Assembly: GCA_964542645.1 (NCBI GenBank)
Contig: CAZIUG010000008.1
Span: 516,338-580,337 of the forward strand
Source: an uncultured Opitutales bacterium
GTDB taxonomy: Bacteria > Verrucomicrobiota > Verrucomicrobiia > Opitutales > UBA2987
Direction: 5' to 3'
Length of the DNA: 64,000 bases
Shown: positions 61,461 through 64,000 of the stretch, in pieces
Numbering within the stretch: position 1 is the first letter of the stretch
Layout: every line of letters starts with the position of its first letter
Made by a program: the position numbers and the translations under genes
The notes under the pieces: generated by a model
Told to the model about the DNA's origin: nothing
Database searches by the model: none
Seen by the model: the letters and a program-made list of their open reading frames with translations, nothing else

Positions 61461-62657
61461 TCAACCCGTTAATTCTTCCATCAGCCTCCGAATCAAAAAT
61501 TCCACATCCCTCTCCTTAATACAGAGCGGGTTGATAATCAGTTTGCCCTGGGCCAGGTAGCCGTGCCCAACGTAAATTGGGGGCGATCCCTTTCGTAACC
61601 TCCAACAAACTTCAGTAGCAGACTTCCTTAAAGCTAATTCATCTATTGTAACTTCAAGCAAGGGTATAGATTCGGAGTGTCGGCCTCTGTTTATTCGCAT
61701 TGTCGCCAGAGTTGAACAAAGACCCACAGAAACAGTTTTTAATAGGTCTTCAAACCGATTCACATGATCATAGGCACCACCCACGAATAGATCCAGAGCC
61801 GTAAGGAACGCAACAATCTCCTCCTTTGAAACTTTGAGAGAACGCCCAATCCCATGCCGGGGAAGTCCCTGAATATTCCCTCTATCAATCAACTCATCCG
61901 GAGGGTCCCACAATTCCAAATGTTCATCCATATCGAGCATTTGGAGGGCGGCTGAGGAAATTAGATCCCTACGGCCACATAGTAATCCGGTCGACTGCGG
62001 ACCCCTAATTGACTTCCCTCCACTGAATGCAACCAAATCAGCACCACTTCCAGGAATTATAGTTAAATTCTCACGTGGCGGCAATTCCCCAGCTGCATCC
62101 ACTAGGACAGGGAGATGATGCTTTTTCCCAATTTCAACGACTGTCTCAAGAGACGGGTGCGAATGCGGTGAAACAACATAAAGAATTCCAGCTGTTTCTG
62201 ATGTCACCGCCATAGCGTAATCAACTGGCTCGGTACGCCGGACACCAGCCCCCGATATTATTTCGTTGTAACCGACGTCAACTAATTCAGCACCTGCCGC
62301 CCGAACAGCGTGGTCATATCCACTCCGTTGGTCTCTTGAAATTAGAAACTGATTGGGAAACCCTCGAGAGCACGGCAACGCATCCATACGGGCAATATCA
62401 TGTCCTGCTAGAATAGCGGCTGTTCCCATGGTCAAAGCACCTGCCGCCCCAGTAACCACTAGACCCGATTCCGTCCCAGTAGCCTCAGCAATTCGAAGGG
62501 AAGCAAAGCCTTGTAGCTGCTCCAAGGGGACCCAATCCTCTGCCGCTGCGTTGAAAGCCTCCAAAACTTTTTCTGGCATAGGGGCTCCCCCGAGCCGCGT
62601 CACTCCCCCAGAGGCATTGATTATAGGCTGGAGGCCAAAATCACGATAAATGCTCAT
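61461..62657 (-). CDS. SelA-like PLP-dependent enzyme (DgaE-related)
   Basis: IINASG..TRLGG, GAAGAL, VDAAGE, FSGGKSIRGPQSTG, GIGRSLKVSKEE. Confidence 0.85.
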   Translation of the reverse strand: MSIYRDFGLQPIINASGGVTRLGGAPMPEKVLEAFNAAAEDWVPLEQLQGFASLRIAEATGTESGLVVTGAAGALTMGTAAILAGHDIARMDALPCSRGFPNQFLISRDQRSGYDHAVRAAGAELVDVGYNEIISGAGVRRTEPVDYAMAVTSETAGILYVVSPHSHPSLETVVEIGKKHHLPVLVDAAGELPPRENLTIIPGSGADLVAFSGGKSIRGPQSTGLLCGRRDLISSAALQMLDMDEHLELWDPPDELIDRGNIQGLPRHGIGRSLKVSKEEIVAFLTALDLFVGGAYDHVNRFEDLLKTVSVGLCSTLATMRINRGRHSESIPLLEVTIDELALRKSATEVCWRLRKGSPPIYVGHGYLAQGKLIINPLCIKERDVEFLIRRLMEELTG

Positions 62658-63110
62658 TCTAGTGAAGGTTTTGATGGTCCAGTCTTTCTCCGGATCCAGA
62701 CCCTTTGATCTATTTTCGATAGAAATTTTTTCTGTTGTACTCTCTTCAAAGCTCTACCGAGTCTCCCCAAGACAGCTCTGATTGGGCTAGTAGACCCTAA
62801 AGATCGATAACCCACCTCAGACTCTATGGTCCAGGTTACAACCCAAAATGAACCGGATCTCCTCGTTGACATTCTACCACATGACATGGATCTTGTGTAC
62901 AAAGGTGGCAATCTTGTTTCCATATTTAATTTCTGAAATCCAAATCCTGAGGATAAAACAAAAAGCGATAAGAAATAAATACAATCCAGACGATTGTTTC
63001 ATCCCAATGATCTCCCCTTCTGCTAAAGAGCAGAATTGTTGACTCTACTCCAATCAGAACATCAGGGGAAAGTTCTTTTCGAAGCCATTATTAACAATCC
63101 GTAAACAACA

Positions 63111-64000
63111 ATGTCCGACCAACCTAATCTCCTATATATCCATTCCGACCAACACAGCCCTTTTGTGACAGGCTGCTATGGTGATCCGATAGTTGAGACA
63201 CCTCACCTGGACTCCCTCTCTGCGAATGGCGTGGTCCTCGATAACGTATACTGTCCATCGCCCATCTGCGTCCCTTCTCGCATGTCAATGCTAACCGGCA
63301 GGCATCCTTATGAAAATCGCGTCTGGACAAACAGTCAGATCCTAAGTTCGGGAATCCCCACCTTCGCCCACGCCATGGGAGCTGCCGGATACCGTCCTAT
63401 GCTTATTGGACGTATGCACTCCTTAGGCCCGGATCAGCTTCATGGTTATGCCGACCGCCTGGTGGGAGATCACGGAGCTAATCAAGCAGGCACCGGGGAA
63501 GGAGTTAACCGAGGTGCGCTCCAAGGTTGCGCAGGTCCATCACGGGTAAGTCTTACAAATTCCGGTCCTGGACAAAGCTCTTATCAGGTTCATGACGAAG
63601 ACGTTACCGCCGCCACGGTCAATTATCTAAATCGTTTGGGCGTTAAGAAACGATCTGGGATTGGAGACGAACCGTTCTCGGTCTCGGTTGGCTTTATGTT
63701 ACCCCACCAGCCCTTTGTTGCGCGCCGCGAGGATTACGCGATTTACGAGGGGAGAATGTCCTTGCCCCGAACTGCTGAACCATTCTCGGAGAAATTACAT
63801 CCGCATATTGCGCAGTGGCGGAAAGCCACTGAAACGGTTGAGGTCACCGAAGAAGAAATTCTCCGCGCCCGAACCGCCTACTGGGCTTTGGTCACCCGAA
63901 TGGACCTCATGATCGGAGAAATCCTCGAAGCGTTACACCGCAATAATCTGGCTGAAAACACGCTCATCCTATACATGTCCGACCATGGCGAACAGGTTGG
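63111..64000 (+). CDS. Partial sulfatase (choline-sulfatase-like), runs off window
   Basis: Manual translation MSDQPNLLYIHSDQH...CPSPICVPSRMSMLTG...GRMH..GPDQLHGY...PHQPF...SDHG. Confidence 0.9.
   Translation, partial: MSDQPNLLYIHSDQHSPFVTGCYGDPIVETPHLDSLSANGVVLDNVYCPSPICVPSRMSMLTGRHPYENRVWTNSQILSSGIPTFAHAMGAAGYRPMLIGRMHSLGPDQLHGYADRLVGDHGANQAGTGEGVNRGALQGCAGPSRVSLTNSGPGQSSYQVHDEDVTAATVNYLNRLGVKKRSGIGDEPFSVSVGFMLPHQPFVARREDYAIYEGRMSLPRTAEPFSEKLHPHIAQWRKATETVEVTEEEILRARTAYWALVTRMDLMIGEILEALHRNNLAENTLILYMSDHGEQV

Noticed and set aside
62654-62923. 89-aa ORF overlapping the SelA-like start by ATGA
   Set aside because: No recognisable motif or RBS; overlap may be coincidental
1-64000. Short antisense/overlapping ORFs, CRISPR arrays, transposases, defence systems
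   Set aside because: Short ORFs are shadows of motif-supported genes; no repeat-spacer arrays, transposase, integrase or recognisable defence genes seen

Overview
Bacterial chromosomal window, probably a diderm of the PVC group (Verrucomicrobia-like; inferred from XylR-type regulator, TonB-dependent receptors, AmgK/MurU, sulfatases). A few housekeeping modules (pncBA, gmd-fcl, tRNA-Val, tRNA-Asn, amgK-murU, SSADH) are embedded in a long mosaic of catabolic paralogues of unknown substrate (SDRs, Gfo/Idh/MocA, enolase superfamily, HpcH aldolases, amidohydrolases, sulfatases, beta-propeller hydrolases). Best candidate for a poorly described system: a secreted-type, His/Cys-bearing leader ORF ending in the ribosome-arrest motif RAPP (52532-52888). 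Its last codons can base-pair with the ribosome-binding region of a downstream His-rich ZnuD-like TonB receptor, suggesting a metal-sensing translational switch related to CruR/CutF (DUF2946) but with different ligands. Other notable items: two in-frame SDRs separated by one TGA, the second lacking a canonical start; tRNA-Lys and tmRNA 3' fragments as integration scars; an AT-rich foreign rhlE; an internally deleted phosphodiesterase; a GH32 with altered catalytic motifs; a Tm-1-like/TIM-barrel pair. All calls are from motif recognition by eye, with no database searches.
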